NCBI GenBank assembly: GCA_964392415.1
Contig: CAYMPL010000001.1
Span: forward strand, 6,200 to 70,199
DNA: 64,000 bases
Reading direction: 5' to 3'
Source: an uncultured bacterium
Lineage (GTDB): Bacteria > Bdellovibrionota > JACOXK01 > 2-02-FULL-40-11
Shown here: piece by piece, positions 48,690-61,090 of the stretch
Position numbering within the stretch: the first letter of the stretch is position 1
How the letters are laid out: the number at the start of each line of letters is the position of its first letter
Position numbers and translations under genes: made by a program
Notes under the pieces: generated by a model
Databases searched by the model: none
What the model saw: only the letters and a program-made list of their open reading frames with translations
Told to the model about the DNA's origin: nothing

Positions 48690-51600
48690 TAGTCCAATGA
48701 AATAGATTTGTTATTATAAAGATAATGTATCATCTCAATCCTCTGCCGATAGGCGTTCAAAGATCTTTTTACAATATTTAATCTTGAAATAATATTGCTC
48801 TCTGGATTTTCTGGATCCAATTCCTTTTCTTTCTCTTTCAGCTTCTCCATGAGTTTTTCTTTATTATCGTAAAGAGAAATTCCAGGCAATACTGTATTTA
48901 ATTCATTGAGATATTCTCTAAGACTGCTGAGTATACCTTTGGCAGGGAGTTCTTTATTTGCTTTTTCGATGATTGAATTAAGTTTTGCTATCATATTAGC
49001 TTTTTCATCTTCATCAAGCAGGAGAATTACCCGTGTAGGGCTGCTTTCTTTTGTAATCATGATCACCGCAGGATGAATAAGGGGGTTTAGCGCCATAATA
49101 TGCTCCTCCGTGATATTGGATAAATCTTCTGCCAGATTCTGGATCAGGGAAATAGCTTTCTTAACCTCTTTTAAAGAGAGGGAGGTCAATTTCTGAAAAA
49201 TTTTATTATATGCCTCGATGAGCGTATAGGTCGGTGTTGTCGGATATGCCAAAACCGCCTCTTTTTTAGCTGAAAAAATTTTTCCTTTTTCATGGTCTAT
49301 GAGAAATGTGTGTGGTTCATCTGCATTTAAAAGTGAAAGTCTTTGCAACTCTTCATCATTCAGCTCCAATTCATTGATGTTAAAGAATTCCGCTGCGTCT
49401 TCGGAAGGGCTTGCAAAGGCTGTTACCACTGAATCGCCTGAAGGGACCTTATTCATAAATCTTTGAATAGCCGTAAAGACAATGTCATTGGGAGTGGAGA
49501 TATCGGTAGCAACCGTGTAAAAGAATTCAAATAGTTTATCTTGGTAAAGAGGGAAGTCAAAATAGGTTGTCCTTAAGGCCGACCAGGGGTCGACGCCTAA
49601 ATTGCGAGTGCTAAGCGCATCTGCCGCAAGCAGTTTATCAATCCATGTTCCCCGGGCGAGAAGTTCATCTTCGCCTAGGAATTTGGGATGAATGATATCT
49701 TTATAGACCCGATCTTTATCGAGAATGATTTGGGTAAAGAAGTCAAAGCCGATGGCAGCCGCTTTTTCCAGGTCTTCCAGGAGTATTTTCCATTCATCTT
49801 CTTTGAGCGGTTCGTCTGTTAATGTTGTGCTCTTTGTTCCAACATGAATCTGGTAGTCTAAGAATTCTCTTAAAGGGAGGAAATAATAGTTGATCAGATT
49901 TTTACTATATTCTCTTTCAGCTTCCGGAGTATTTTTAAAATGGATTTTTTTATTTCTAAAGTTTCTGTGCGCATATCCATCATGATATTTTTTTACAAGA
50001 TATTCTGCGATTTTTTCAGCGCTCTCTCCGCGGTCCCAGTGATTGCAAAGAGGATCTATAGGGACGCTCTGATCGGAACAGAAGAGATAGTTTTCATGGA
50101 AGTCAAAATCGCCGCTAAATGCGTAGGCCAATGCCGCTTTGTCGTAAGGGCCTGGCGTTCCTTCCTCGCTGTCTTCGATTGCAAGGTAGTCCATTGCGGA
50201 TGATGTTTGAATCTTTTCAGAGATGTAATGTTTTTTATCGAGCGAGCCTTTGAAATTGTGAGCCAGACCCAAATTATGCCCCATTTCATGAACCAGTGTG
50301 TTGAGAATGATTTCCTGAAAGAGTTCTTCTTCTGTTTTTTTAAGAAACCACGGCTCCGCAGGAGCGCCCCCCGCAGGGGTTTCTTCCAGGGCAGGATAGT
50401 AACAGCGGTCAGAAAGGTTTTTATAATGATACAGGGCGCTCTCCAGCGTCTCGGGTTTTTTTATCTCTTCAAATATTTTTTTAAAGGAGGGGGCATACGA
50501 GCCCTCATGAATTAATTCAGAAATCGATTTTGTTGTATCAGGATTATTTGCATCAGGCTTCATTTGGGATTGCATGAAGTTCATCCTCTCTCTTTTTTCC
50601 AGGATATGAAGAACGGTCTGTTTGATATTTCCGGCGAATATATAGGTATCAGCATTTATAATTTCCCCGGTCAGTCCGTCGGCATAACTTGGGCCTAGTC
50701 CCAGAGGGCCCTTAAAAATCGGGTCTTCAATCCAGACGATAAAATTATGTTTAAGATCGCCCAGTTCTTCACCCGAGATTCCAGGGTGGTTTTCCTGGAG
50801 TTCAATCAGGGGGTTCCCTGCGATTTTCATATCTTTTAAAACCTCATTCCACCGGGCAATCACTTTTTTCACGAGAAATTTATATTTCTTAGGGAAATTC
50901 CGGGATAAAGTATATTTAATTTTTTTATTCGGATCCCAATGCAGCGCATATCTCTTTTCTTCCGCTTCATTGTATTTGTCGTACGATTTTATTTTTGTTG
51001 AAAAGATACCCACATGTTCTCTTAATCGTTCTGTATACAAGGTGGATTTAAAATTTTTATTTTCTTTTCTCTTTAAGAAGCTTGCTTTCAATTTTAAAGT
51101 GAATGTTTTCCCCGTTGATTCTTCACTGTCTGGCGCCTCTTTCCTGAATGTTTTTTGAACGACAAGATTTAAGGATTCTTCATCCTGATTTAAATCAAGT
51201 AGATCTGAACTTACTTCGGTAATATGGTTGAGATTTTCGTAAATTTTAAATTGAATAAAATCGACGGGGATTAATTTCAAGCGTGCAAAATTAATTTTTG
51301 CGTATTTTCTTTCATTCCAGGGGCGTTCCCTTTCTGTTTCAATTTCCTTGTGGGTTATTTCGTCATCGCCATTTTTTTCTCTTTCGACATCGACATGTTT
51401 TTCCAATGGAAAAACAAGGACCGGTTCCGCAAGGGAATGATCGTCTTTGTATCGGGGATCGATGGCATAAAGAGTCAGGTTATTTTCGCTGAATTCAAAT
51501 TTTGCGGATGCCGATGTTCCTGATGAATCCCCGAGATGGGTAATTCCGGTATCTGCCGAGGCTCCAACGACGGTTACTTTATAATAAAATTCTCCGTCTG

Positions 51601-51751
51601 TAAAAAAATTTTTTTCAAGTCTCTGAACTTCAGGCAGAATCTCTTTGACCGGCCGCTTTTTGGCGCATGATGGACCGACGAGAAAAATAAAACCAAGGCC
51701 AACAATTTGAAGAATGTGAGAATATTTTTTTATTTTCATATTAAAATCCAT
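48689..51751 (-). CDS. Large secreted zinc metalloprotease of the Met-zincin type (DUF4953-like), 1020 aa
   Basis: Signal peptide; TLVHEMGHNLGLAHNF HExxHxxGxxH zinc-binding motif. Confidence 0.7.
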   Translation of the reverse strand: MDFNMKIKKYSHILQIVGLGFIFLVGPSCAKKRPVKEILPEVQRLEKNFFTDGEFYYKVTVVGASADTGITHLGDSSGTSASAKFEFSENNLTLYAIDPRYKDDHSLAEPVLVFPLEKHVDVEREKNGDDEITHKEIETERERPWNERKYAKINFARLKLIPVDFIQFKIYENLNHITEVSSDLLDLNQDEESLNLVVQKTFRKEAPDSEESTGKTFTLKLKASFLKRKENKNFKSTLYTERLREHVGIFSTKIKSYDKYNEAEEKRYALHWDPNKKIKYTLSRNFPKKYKFLVKKVIARWNEVLKDMKIAGNPLIELQENHPGISGEELGDLKHNFIVWIEDPIFKGPLGLGPSYADGLTGEIINADTYIFAGNIKQTVLHILEKRERMNFMQSQMKPDANNPDTTKSISELIHEGSYAPSFKKIFEEIKKPETLESALYHYKNLSDRCYYPALEETPAGGAPAEPWFLKKTEEELFQEIILNTLVHEMGHNLGLAHNFKGSLDKKHYISEKIQTSSAMDYLAIEDSEEGTPGPYDKAALAYAFSGDFDFHENYLFCSDQSVPIDPLCNHWDRGESAEKIAEYLVKKYHDGYAHRNFRNKKIHFKNTPEAEREYSKNLINYYFLPLREFLDYQIHVGTKSTTLTDEPLKEDEWKILLEDLEKAAAIGFDFFTQIILDKDRVYKDIIHPKFLGEDELLARGTWIDKLLAADALSTRNLGVDPWSALRTTYFDFPLYQDKLFEFFYTVATDISTPNDIVFTAIQRFMNKVPSGDSVVTAFASPSEDAAEFFNINELELNDEELQRLSLLNADEPHTFLIDHEKGKIFSAKKEAVLAYPTTPTYTLIEAYNKIFQKLTSLSLKEVKKAISLIQNLAEDLSNITEEHIMALNPLIHPAVIMITKESSPTRVILLLDEDEKANMIAKLNSIIEKANKELPAKGILSSLREYLNELNTVLPGISLYDNKEKLMEKLKEKEKELDPENPESNIISRLNIVKRSLNAYRQRIEMIHYLYNNKSISLD

Positions 51752-52529
51752 AGTTCAATCCGAGGAAGAGTTCGCTTCCTTCCACATCAAAAAGTTCAAT
51801 GTTTAATTCCTGACCATTGTTTTTATATTGCCGCCCCCCTGCGGAATGTCCGAGAGAAAGACCGAGGGCATCGGTTGCCTGATAATCCAATGATTGAACA
51901 AATGAGTAAGTTGCTTTTGGCGATTTATTATAAGTTGCGAAATTGAGGAGACTCCAGGCTGTGTTTAGCGCGAGTATGTCCGTAAAAGCGAAACCGATAA
52001 GCAGGGTATTTGTCATTCCATAATGTTTGTTAGATGTCCCATTTTTGGCTGTTCGGAAACGATTGGCAAAGTAGGTTCCCGAAAGATCGTACCCAAAATG
52101 AAATTGTGAAAGATCTTTCGAAAGCCCCAGCCCTGTTGTCAAAGCAAAGATTTGGCTTCGTTTCTGGCTCTCTTGAGAAAGAGGCAAAAAGAGTTTTCCG
52201 TAGCCATTAAGCGTAATCTCTGTCTCCGGATGGGTATAAATATCTGAAACAGAGGTTCCAACGACAGCATCTTTTAAGAAAGCTTTTTTCTCCTGGGTGA
52301 ACGATTTTACAAAACCGAGATCGAGTGTGCTTCGAATATGTTCAGCCCACTCGTATATGCCAATGACTGAAAAGTCATTATAGACATTTTTATGATTACG
52401 ATTGATGCCAGTCACAAGAGAGTTGGAAATGTTTGCAGAGAGCATACCGCTCTCATCTTGAGCCTTCACCGGTTGCCCAAACAGACACAACAACCCTATA
52501 AGACCCAATAGCCCAACGAATACCTTCAT
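51741..52529 (-). CDS. Outer-membrane beta-barrel protein (putative)
   Basis: Signal peptide with VKA-QDE cleavage, alternating amphipathic strands, C-terminal aromatic (LNYGF). Confidence 0.5.
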   Translation of the reverse strand: MKVFVGLLGLIGLLCLFGQPVKAQDESGMLSANISNSLVTGINRNHKNVYNDFSVIGIYEWAEHIRSTLDLGFVKSFTQEKKAFLKDAVVGTSVSDIYTHPETEITLNGYGKLFLPLSQESQKRSQIFALTTGLGLSKDLSQFHFGYDLSGTYFANRFRTAKNGTSNKHYGMTNTLLIGFAFTDILALNTAWSLLNFATYNKSPKATYSFVQSLDYQATDALGLSLGHSAGGRQYKNNGQELNIELFDVEGSELFLGLNYGF

Positions 52530-52835
52530 ACCCCTATAAATTGCAAGGGGTATGCCAAGGGATCAGGTGACAAAAATGGTCAGTTTTAAGCTTGAAGAGC
52601 CGACAAATCTACAGAGTTGTCCGAAGGAATCGACCTTGAGGGACGAAAATTGTCACCGGCTTTTGGCACTTTCTATGACAAAGAATATTTAGATATTTCA
52701 ATAGGTTATAAAAAAACTGAAACATAGCATGAATAATTTTTACGCATCTAATCGAGGACACTTTCCAATGAGCTTTAGAAGGCTAAAAAACGTAACCTAT
52801 GAAAATGACAGATTAAATTGAGTTTGTCTTTTCTT

Positions 52836-52851
52836 TGGTACATCGGTTGCA
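52836..52851 (+). promoter_or_regulatory. Sigma-54 (-24/-12) promoter candidate TGGTAC-N5-TTGCA upstream of the lipoprotein gene at 52919
   Basis: TGGTACATCGGTTGCA lies 68 nt upstream of the ATG, followed by RBS AAGGAGG at 52905-52911. Confidence 0.45.
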
Positions 52852-52918
52852 CACCATCCCCTTAGCTTCAGACAATCATGTTTGAAGCAACATAAGTACG
52901 TTTAAGGAGGTAACTACT

Positions 52919-53992
52919 ATGAAACGCACATTAACGATATTGGCTATCGCTGCGGCTATGATTACTTTTGTAGCTTGCGGTAAGAGAAGCCATGATGATC
53001 AAGGTGCATCACCTGAATCTACAGTTGTTCTTCCTACCGGGGATTATTCCGGTAAGCAAGAGATCGGTATTTTTAAGGTGGCTGCGACAACCGACGAACA
53101 CAAAAAGATCCTTTCTGATCTGAAAAAAGAGAGGATGGATCTTGAAGTGAGCATGAACAAGTGGTTCGACGATAATGAGGTCGATCCGGTCCTTCTTTAT
53201 CAAGGAAAGACAGTAACAATGCTCGATAAAGCGGTTACGGCTCGTCTTGAGGCGAACCAGTCAGCGATCTCTCGTCTGGATACTACCATTGCTGAAATCG
53301 AAAAAGAGTTGATCGATTTTAAGATCAATTTTATCGATTTCAAAGTTTCCAAAACGTTGGATGGAAACTATAAAGTATCGGGACTGAAGATCTTTACTGA
53401 CAAAGATAATCCCGCTTATGCCCGTGATGAAAATGGAAACATCATTCATTACAAGGGCAAGCCGATTATCTACGGTGAAGACTATCCCGGACATGGGAAA
53501 CATCAATTCATCCCCAAAGGATTTGTTTTTGGGTTGTCTGAATTGATGAATGAGGGCTCGATGAACTACCATGCTAAAAGCGGTTCACTTTCGTTTTCAG
53601 TTCTCAATAAAGGGGTGACATATGCCTTTATAGGAGAAGTGAAGACGGATGAAAAAGGCGAATCGGTCATTTCTGGAAATATGGTAGTGAGCGAAGAATC
53701 GGGAAAAGAGCTCCAGAGCGAACCTTGGAAAGTATCGCTTGTTTCTCTCCCAAAACCGCTCGGCGCCAAAGAGGATTTGGTGGTAACAGAACCTAAATCC
53801 GAAGGTATGGCTGCAGATGCAGGGGTTGCTAAGGTTGAGACATCTGGGTCTAAACCGCTCAGCGCCAAAGAGGATTTGGTGATAAAACAATCACAACCTC
53901 AATCCGAAGGCATCGCTGCAGATGCAAAGGCTTCTGATGAGCCTAAGGCATCTGGAAAAATGTCTATTAGGGAAGAAGAAAAGACAGAATAA
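52919..53992 (+). CDS. Lipoprotein with C-terminal tandem repeat (hypothetical)
   Basis: Lipobox ITFVACG; two roughly 33-aa repeats KPL(G/S)AKEDLV...SEG(M/I)AADA. Confidence 0.5.
   Translation: MKRTLTILAIAAAMITFVACGKRSHDDQGASPESTVVLPTGDYSGKQEIGIFKVAATTDEHKKILSDLKKERMDLEVSMNKWFDDNEVDPVLLYQGKTVTMLDKAVTARLEANQSAISRLDTTIAEIEKELIDFKINFIDFKVSKTLDGNYKVSGLKIFTDKDNPAYARDENGNIIHYKGKPIIYGEDYPGHGKHQFIPKGFVFGLSELMNEGSMNYHAKSGSLSFSVLNKGVTYAFIGEVKTDEKGESVISGNMVVSEESGKELQSEPWKVSLVSLPKPLGAKEDLVVTEPKSEGMAADAGVAKVETSGSKPLSAKEDLVIKQSQPQSEGIAADAKASDEPKASGKMSIREEEKTE
53753..53945 (+). repeat. Tandem roughly 99-nt coding repeat (2 units) in the lipoprotein gene
   Basis: AAACCGCTC(G/A)GCGCCAAAGAGGATTTGGTG... is repeated at 53753 and 53852. 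Confidence 0.7.
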
Positions 53993-54034
53993 AGAAAATT
54001 AACCTTTATTAATTTTCTTTTCTAAATTCTTCTT

Positions 54035-54090
54035 GCATGAATGATAGAGCCAGGTTCTTAACAAAAGAGCTTGGCTCTATTTTTTTTTGT
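54035..54090 (+). terminator. Rho-independent terminator after the lipoprotein gene
   Basis: GATAGAGCCAG...CTTGGCTCTAT stem followed by T9. Confidence 0.6.
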
Positions 54091-54112
54091 ATGTTATAGT
54101 CAAAAAAGCTTT

Positions 54113-55465
54113 GTGAAAAAGATCTTTGTTCTCGATACAAATGTCTTGCTTTTCGACGCACAAGCCCTCTTTAAATTTCAGGATAACGATGTTGTCATTT
54201 GCATCACTGTTCTTGAAGAAATCGATAAATTCAAACGCGAGATGACAGAGACGGGGCGAAATGCCCGTCAATTTTCCCGTTATTTGGATGATCTCCGGAA
54301 AAAAGGGAGGCTTGCGCAAGGGGTTTCTCTAGGTAAGAATTTTGGGAATTTAAGGATTGATCTCGCCGAAGAGGAGCGAAGTCGAGGGGCTCGTTCTCCA
54401 ATGATTGTTGGCAATGTGACGGATCATATTCTTTTGGAAATGGCGCTTCGTCTTTCGCGAAAAAGCAAATATCCGGTTGTCTTTGTTTCAAAAGATACCA
54501 ATCTGCGGGTTCGCGCAGACACATTGGGTCTTCATACCGAAGATTATGAGACGACGCCGGTTGATATTGAGGAGCTCTATTCCGGTGTATCTGATATCCA
54601 AGTCTCCCGGAAATTTATTGATAAATTTTTCCAGGATCGAAAAATAGAGGTTAACGGGCGTTTTAAATTAAATCCAAATCAGTTTGTGATTTTAAAAGAT
54701 GAAACGAATGAGTCTCATACGGCTCTCGCCCGTTATGATGTCAGTCAGCAGTCGCTCTTTCCCATTCGAAAACGACAAGAGGGGGTATGGGGGATTTTTC
54801 CCAAAAATGTTGAACAGAGTTTTGCGTTCGATTTGCTGCTGGATGATAGAGTGAAGCTGGTCACCCTTGTCGGAAAAGCGGGAACAGGTAAAACGCTTCT
54901 GGCGCTTGCAGCAGGTCTTTATAAGACGATTGATGAGGGATACTATCACCGGCTTCTCGTTTCCCGCCCCATTTTTCCGATGGGGAAAGATATTGGATAT
55001 CTTCCTGGCGATATTGAAGAAAAATTGAACCCCTGGATGCAGCCTGTTTTTGACAACGTTGAGTTTTTGCTTGGAAATCCATCAATCAGCGCAAAAGAAC
55101 GGGATCTTCAGCCAAGTCGAAAGGCAACGAATCGCTGCGCGGAACTGATGAATCAGGGAATGTTAAATATCGAACCGCTGACTTACATTCGGGGTCGTTC
55201 GATTCCAAATCAATATATGATTGTAGATGAAGCGCAAAACTTAACGCCCCATGAAATCAAAACCATTATTACGCGTGTCGGAGAGAATACGAAGGTTATC
55301 CTAACGGGCGATTGTTATCAGATAGACAATCCATTTATCGACGGTTCAAACAATGGACTTACCTATGTGATTGAACGTTTTAAACATGAATCGATAGCCG
55401 GGCATGTGACGCTTACCAAAGGCGAGCGATCAGAACTTGCCGAGCTGGCTACGAATCTATTATGA
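54113..55465 (+). CDS. PhoH-like ATPase with N-terminal PIN domain (PhoH2/YlaK-type)
   Basis: PIN block IFVLDTNVLL...D; GKAGTGKT Walker A, MIVDEAQN Walker B; GTG start at 54113 proposed because the longer ORF runs into the upstream terminator. Confidence 0.8.
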   Translation: MKKIFVLDTNVLLFDAQALFKFQDNDVVICITVLEEIDKFKREMTETGRNARQFSRYLDDLRKKGRLAQGVSLGKNFGNLRIDLAEEERSRGARSPMIVGNVTDHILLEMALRLSRKSKYPVVFVSKDTNLRVRADTLGLHTEDYETTPVDIEELYSGVSDIQVSRKFIDKFFQDRKIEVNGRFKLNPNQFVILKDETNESHTALARYDVSQQSLFPIRKRQEGVWGIFPKNVEQSFAFDLLLDDRVKLVTLVGKAGTGKTLLALAAGLYKTIDEGYYHRLLVSRPIFPMGKDIGYLPGDIEEKLNPWMQPVFDNVEFLLGNPSISAKERDLQPSRKATNRCAELMNQGMLNIEPLTYIRGRSIPNQYMIVDEAQNLTPHEIKTIITRVGENTKVILTGDCYQIDNPFIDGSNNGLTYVIERFKHESIAGHVTLTKGERSELAELATNLL

Positions 55466-55750
55466 TGACTTTTCTATTTTGAAAACAGCCAGAGGCCCTT
55501 CTTCCTGATGGCGTTCCGCAAGCTCGGTCAATTCCCGAGTGAGCGCGCGCATCGAGATGACATCCATGAGATCCTCACCCCAAAGCGCAATTTCAATTGA
55601 AAAGGGATCTTTTTTTACAGCTTCGTAATAGTCAATGAGCTGTGAAAGAAGATCTGTTTTTGAAAGATAAAACAGTTTTTCCTTCGGCATCATTATATTC
55701 TTATGTATTTTGTACTCTTTTAACGAAATGACATTATTTTTTTCGTCCAT
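55460..55750 (-). CDS. Hypothetical protein
   Basis: 96-aa ORF only, no motif. Confidence 0.3.
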   Translation of the reverse strand: MDEKNNVISLKEYKIHKNIMMPKEKLFYLSKTDLLSQLIDYYEAVKKDPFSIEIALWGEDLMDVISMRALTRELTELAERHQEEGPLAVFKIEKSS

Positions 55751-56083
55751 ATCCCCCAGTGTCCCCCTTGCTGTCTATTGGGAGGTGTGCAGATGGATAT
55801 TTGCAGCAACTTCTGTGCCATGAGGGAATCAGGGTGTTTCATTATGTAACTGATTGATATAATTAAAAATTTAATATGATGGTTTTTGTCATGCTTTGTA
55901 AAAAGTTGCTAAAGCCTCTGGCAGTGTAAGGTTCTTAAACAAAAAACTATTGAAATGGAAATTAGCGCATGTTACTGTCCAAACTAGATTTGTTTTGTCT
56001 TCAAGAAGTGGGATTGCGGAAGTATAAATCGGCAGTATTCGTAAAAGGAGACTGCGCTGATTACGCAAATCAGTACGAATGTA

Positions 56084-56413
56084 TTGAAGTATACGCAAAA
56101 CCCAAAAGACGCAAAGGAGGTTGTTCTCTCCGCTGCGTTTAATGATTTTGATGAATTCCTCATGTCCTATTCGACGGACATACAGGGTGGAGGTCTGTTT
56201 ATTGAAGCAGATAAATTGCTCCCCTTAGGGAGTAAAGTTCGTCTCTACTTTACATTAGCATCGAGTCGGATTCCGATTCTCGAAGGATATGGTGAGGTAG
56301 TTTCAATTCAACGGGAAGACCAGGAAAATGTAGGAGGAATGGCGATTAAATTTTTTGATCTGAGTGAAAAGAGCAGACAACTTCTTTCCCGTCTGGTAAA
56401 GAATTTTCTTTGA
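56084..56413 (+). CDS. PilZ-domain-like small protein (possible c-di-GMP receptor)
   Basis: Roughly 100 aa with DIQGGGLFI (DxSxGG-like) block; the RxxxR motif is not obvious. Confidence 0.45.
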   Translation: MKYTQNPKDAKEVVLSAAFNDFDEFLMSYSTDIQGGGLFIEADKLLPLGSKVRLYFTLASSRIPILEGYGEVVSIQREDQENVGGMAIKFFDLSEKSRQLLSRLVKNFL

Positions 56414-56528
56414 AATGGCAACCATTTTTCTTGAAAATGTCCTTTCATTTCGATAAGCTCCTTCCAATTTGTCAGTAGAGCTTTTTAAACAGGTCTTGCT
56501 TTGTGTTTATTTCTTGGGAGGTTAAGTT

Positions 56529-59320
<2,792 letters not shown>

Positions 59321-59334
59321 AGGTGTAAAAAAAT

Positions 59335-59401
59335 GTCATCCTGAGCCCGAAGGGCGAAGGATCTCCATCGGAGATTCCTCACGCTTTGCGTTCGGAATGA
59401 C
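59335..59401. repeat. Inverted pair of repeat-family units forming a long palindrome just after the eno stop codon
   Basis: GTCATCCTGAGCCCGAAGGGCGAAGGATCTCC atcg GAGATTCCTCACGCTTTGCGTTCGGAATGAC. Confidence 0.85.
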
Positions 59402-59644
59402 ATTTTTTTACCCCATTCCTGACAACTGCTTAGACATGACTAGAAACTCTTTTGACAAAGTAAAATTTATGAATTATTTCATGCATTTATACCATTTCAC
59501 CCCGAATGTGCTTAGAAATATACTGCCACCAGAAGGTCAGAGCAGCCATTGCTTAAAGTGTAATCAGTTTCTATGTTATATATAACCTATTGAAATAACT
59601 TATAAAATTATTAAACCCGTGCAATTCTCCCCCTTTTTTATCTT

Positions 59645-59659
59645 TGGCATGAAGATTGC
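59645..59659 (+). promoter_or_regulatory. Sigma-54 promoter candidate TGGCAT-N5-TTGC upstream of the OMP gene at 59710
   Basis: TGGCATGAAGATTGC lies 50 nt upstream of the ATG; RBS AAGGAGG at 59697-59703. Confidence 0.4.
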
Positions 59660-59709
59660 CATGAAGCCCCCAGTACCTTAAAATTCATTTTAATCAAGGA
59701 GGAAAAAGT

Positions 59710-60576
59710 ATGAAAAAACTAGGTATAGTAACTCTGTTGGTTGTTTCTGCTGCTTTTATAGGGCATTCTTATGCCGAGCACCCAACAACTGAACAGCAAA
59801 CGGTTGTCACTGCACCCGAGGTCAAAAGTCCATGGTCTGTGAAAGGTTTTTTGAGAACCACTAGAACGGCGACTGGCAAACTTCAGGATGGCATTTCGAA
59901 CGAAATGTTTTTGGACGTTCGAAGAAGCGTTCTAGAAGGGGTCGTGAGTGGTCTTAGAGCCGGTGTCCGTGTGGCTGGTTCGAATAGGTTCAGAACAGAT
60001 CTTACAAGATCTGGCTGGGAAAAATATTACACCGTATTCGATCCTGCAGTGATCGTTGGTAAACCGCTTTTTGACATTGCGGGATTTGGTGGGGTAGGTG
60101 AGCTCAGATATTATGTTCCTGTGTCACCTGATAACCGTTTGTCTGATCGTAATCCGAGCAACGGTTCTGTGAGAACCATCGTTGCTGTCGAGAAAAATAT
60201 CGGAAAATGGACAGTAGGAACCTATAACTTTGTTCAACGTTATGCGTTCAAAAGCGAAGACAATGCCTTGAAAGAGTCATCTAACGCGAAATATCGACTC
60301 GCCAATGAATTGTCTCTTGCTTATCATGTTACCGATAAAGTTGCTTTGGTAACAGGCGCGGGTGTTGAGAAGTTCTGGATGCATAAGCCAAGCGATAATG
60401 CTGGTGAACTTGAATGGAGCACGGGCGTTGAACTGCAACCGGTTTCTGGTCTTACGGCTGGAGCGAGCGTTTTTCTCTCTGCACCGAACCAAGCGATTGC
60501 GAAATATCTTGAAACTAAAGAATCGAGACTTCAAAATACGGGGGCTCGATTGGATTTAGCTTATAGTTTTTTATAA
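59710..60576 (+). CDS. Outer-membrane porin-like beta-barrel protein (putative)
   Basis: Signal peptide with AFIGHSYA-EH cleavage, alternating beta-strand pattern, C-terminal AYSFL. Confidence 0.5.
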   Translation: MKKLGIVTLLVVSAAFIGHSYAEHPTTEQQTVVTAPEVKSPWSVKGFLRTTRTATGKLQDGISNEMFLDVRRSVLEGVVSGLRAGVRVAGSNRFRTDLTRSGWEKYYTVFDPAVIVGKPLFDIAGFGGVGELRYYVPVSPDNRLSDRNPSNGSVRTIVAVEKNIGKWTVGTYNFVQRYAFKSEDNALKESSNAKYRLANELSLAYHVTDKVALVTGAGVEKFWMHKPSDNAGELEWSTGVELQPVSGLTAGASVFLSAPNQAIAKYLETKESRLQNTGARLDLAYSFL

Positions 60577-60592
60577 GACGCACTAAATAAAG

Positions 60593-60648
60593 AAAAAAAA
60601 GCCGTGCCTGATTCATTTTGAATCATGTACGGCTTTTTTATTGCCTAA
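60593..60648. terminator. Bidirectional rho-independent terminator
   Basis: A8-GCCGTGC...GTACGGC-T6 hairpin flanked by an A-run and a T-run. Confidence 0.6.
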
Positions 60649-60676
60649 AGAGTTTCATTTTAGCTAAAGTAATTTC

Positions 60677-61090
60677 ATGTTTATTCTTGAAAAGATCGAT
60701 CACATAGGCATCGCCGTTAGAAATCTAGCTGAATCCATCAAAACATACTCATTGATGGGCTTAAAGATCGGCAAAATCGAAGAGGTTCCTGCAATGGGAG
60801 TCAAAGTGGCATTTATTCCTGTCGGTGAGACCCGCCTCGAGCTTTTAGAGCCAACCTCCAAAGAATCTGTTGTTCAGAAATTTATTGAAAAACGGGGTGA
60901 GGGGATTCATCACATTTGTTTTTTAGTCAAAGATATTCATGCGGTTATAAAATGTTTAAAAGAGAATAATTTCCGGCTAATCTTCGATCAGCCGAAGCCC
61001 GGTTCCGAAAACTCACTTGTAACCTTTGTTCATCCACAATCAACCCACGGCATATTATTGGAATTTAAACAAAAAGCTATTGTTGGCTAA
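60677..61090 (+). CDS. VOC-family enzyme, methylmalonyl-CoA epimerase-like
   Basis: IDHIGIAV...H...E...GIHHICF...H...E metal-ligand pattern of methylmalonyl-CoA epimerase. Confidence 0.7.
   Translation: MFILEKIDHIGIAVRNLAESIKTYSLMGLKIGKIEEVPAMGVKVAFIPVGETRLELLEPTSKESVVQKFIEKRGEGIHHICFLVKDIHAVIKCLKENNFRLIFDQPKPGSENSLVTFVHPQSTHGILLEFKQKAIVG

Noticed and set aside
52542-52558. Minus-strand sigma-54 motif TGGCAT-acccc-TTGCA as a confident promoter
   Set aside because: The predicted TSS would fall only about 3-5 nt before the OMP start codon, giving a leaderless transcript, so it is kept only as a low-confidence member of the motif cluster.
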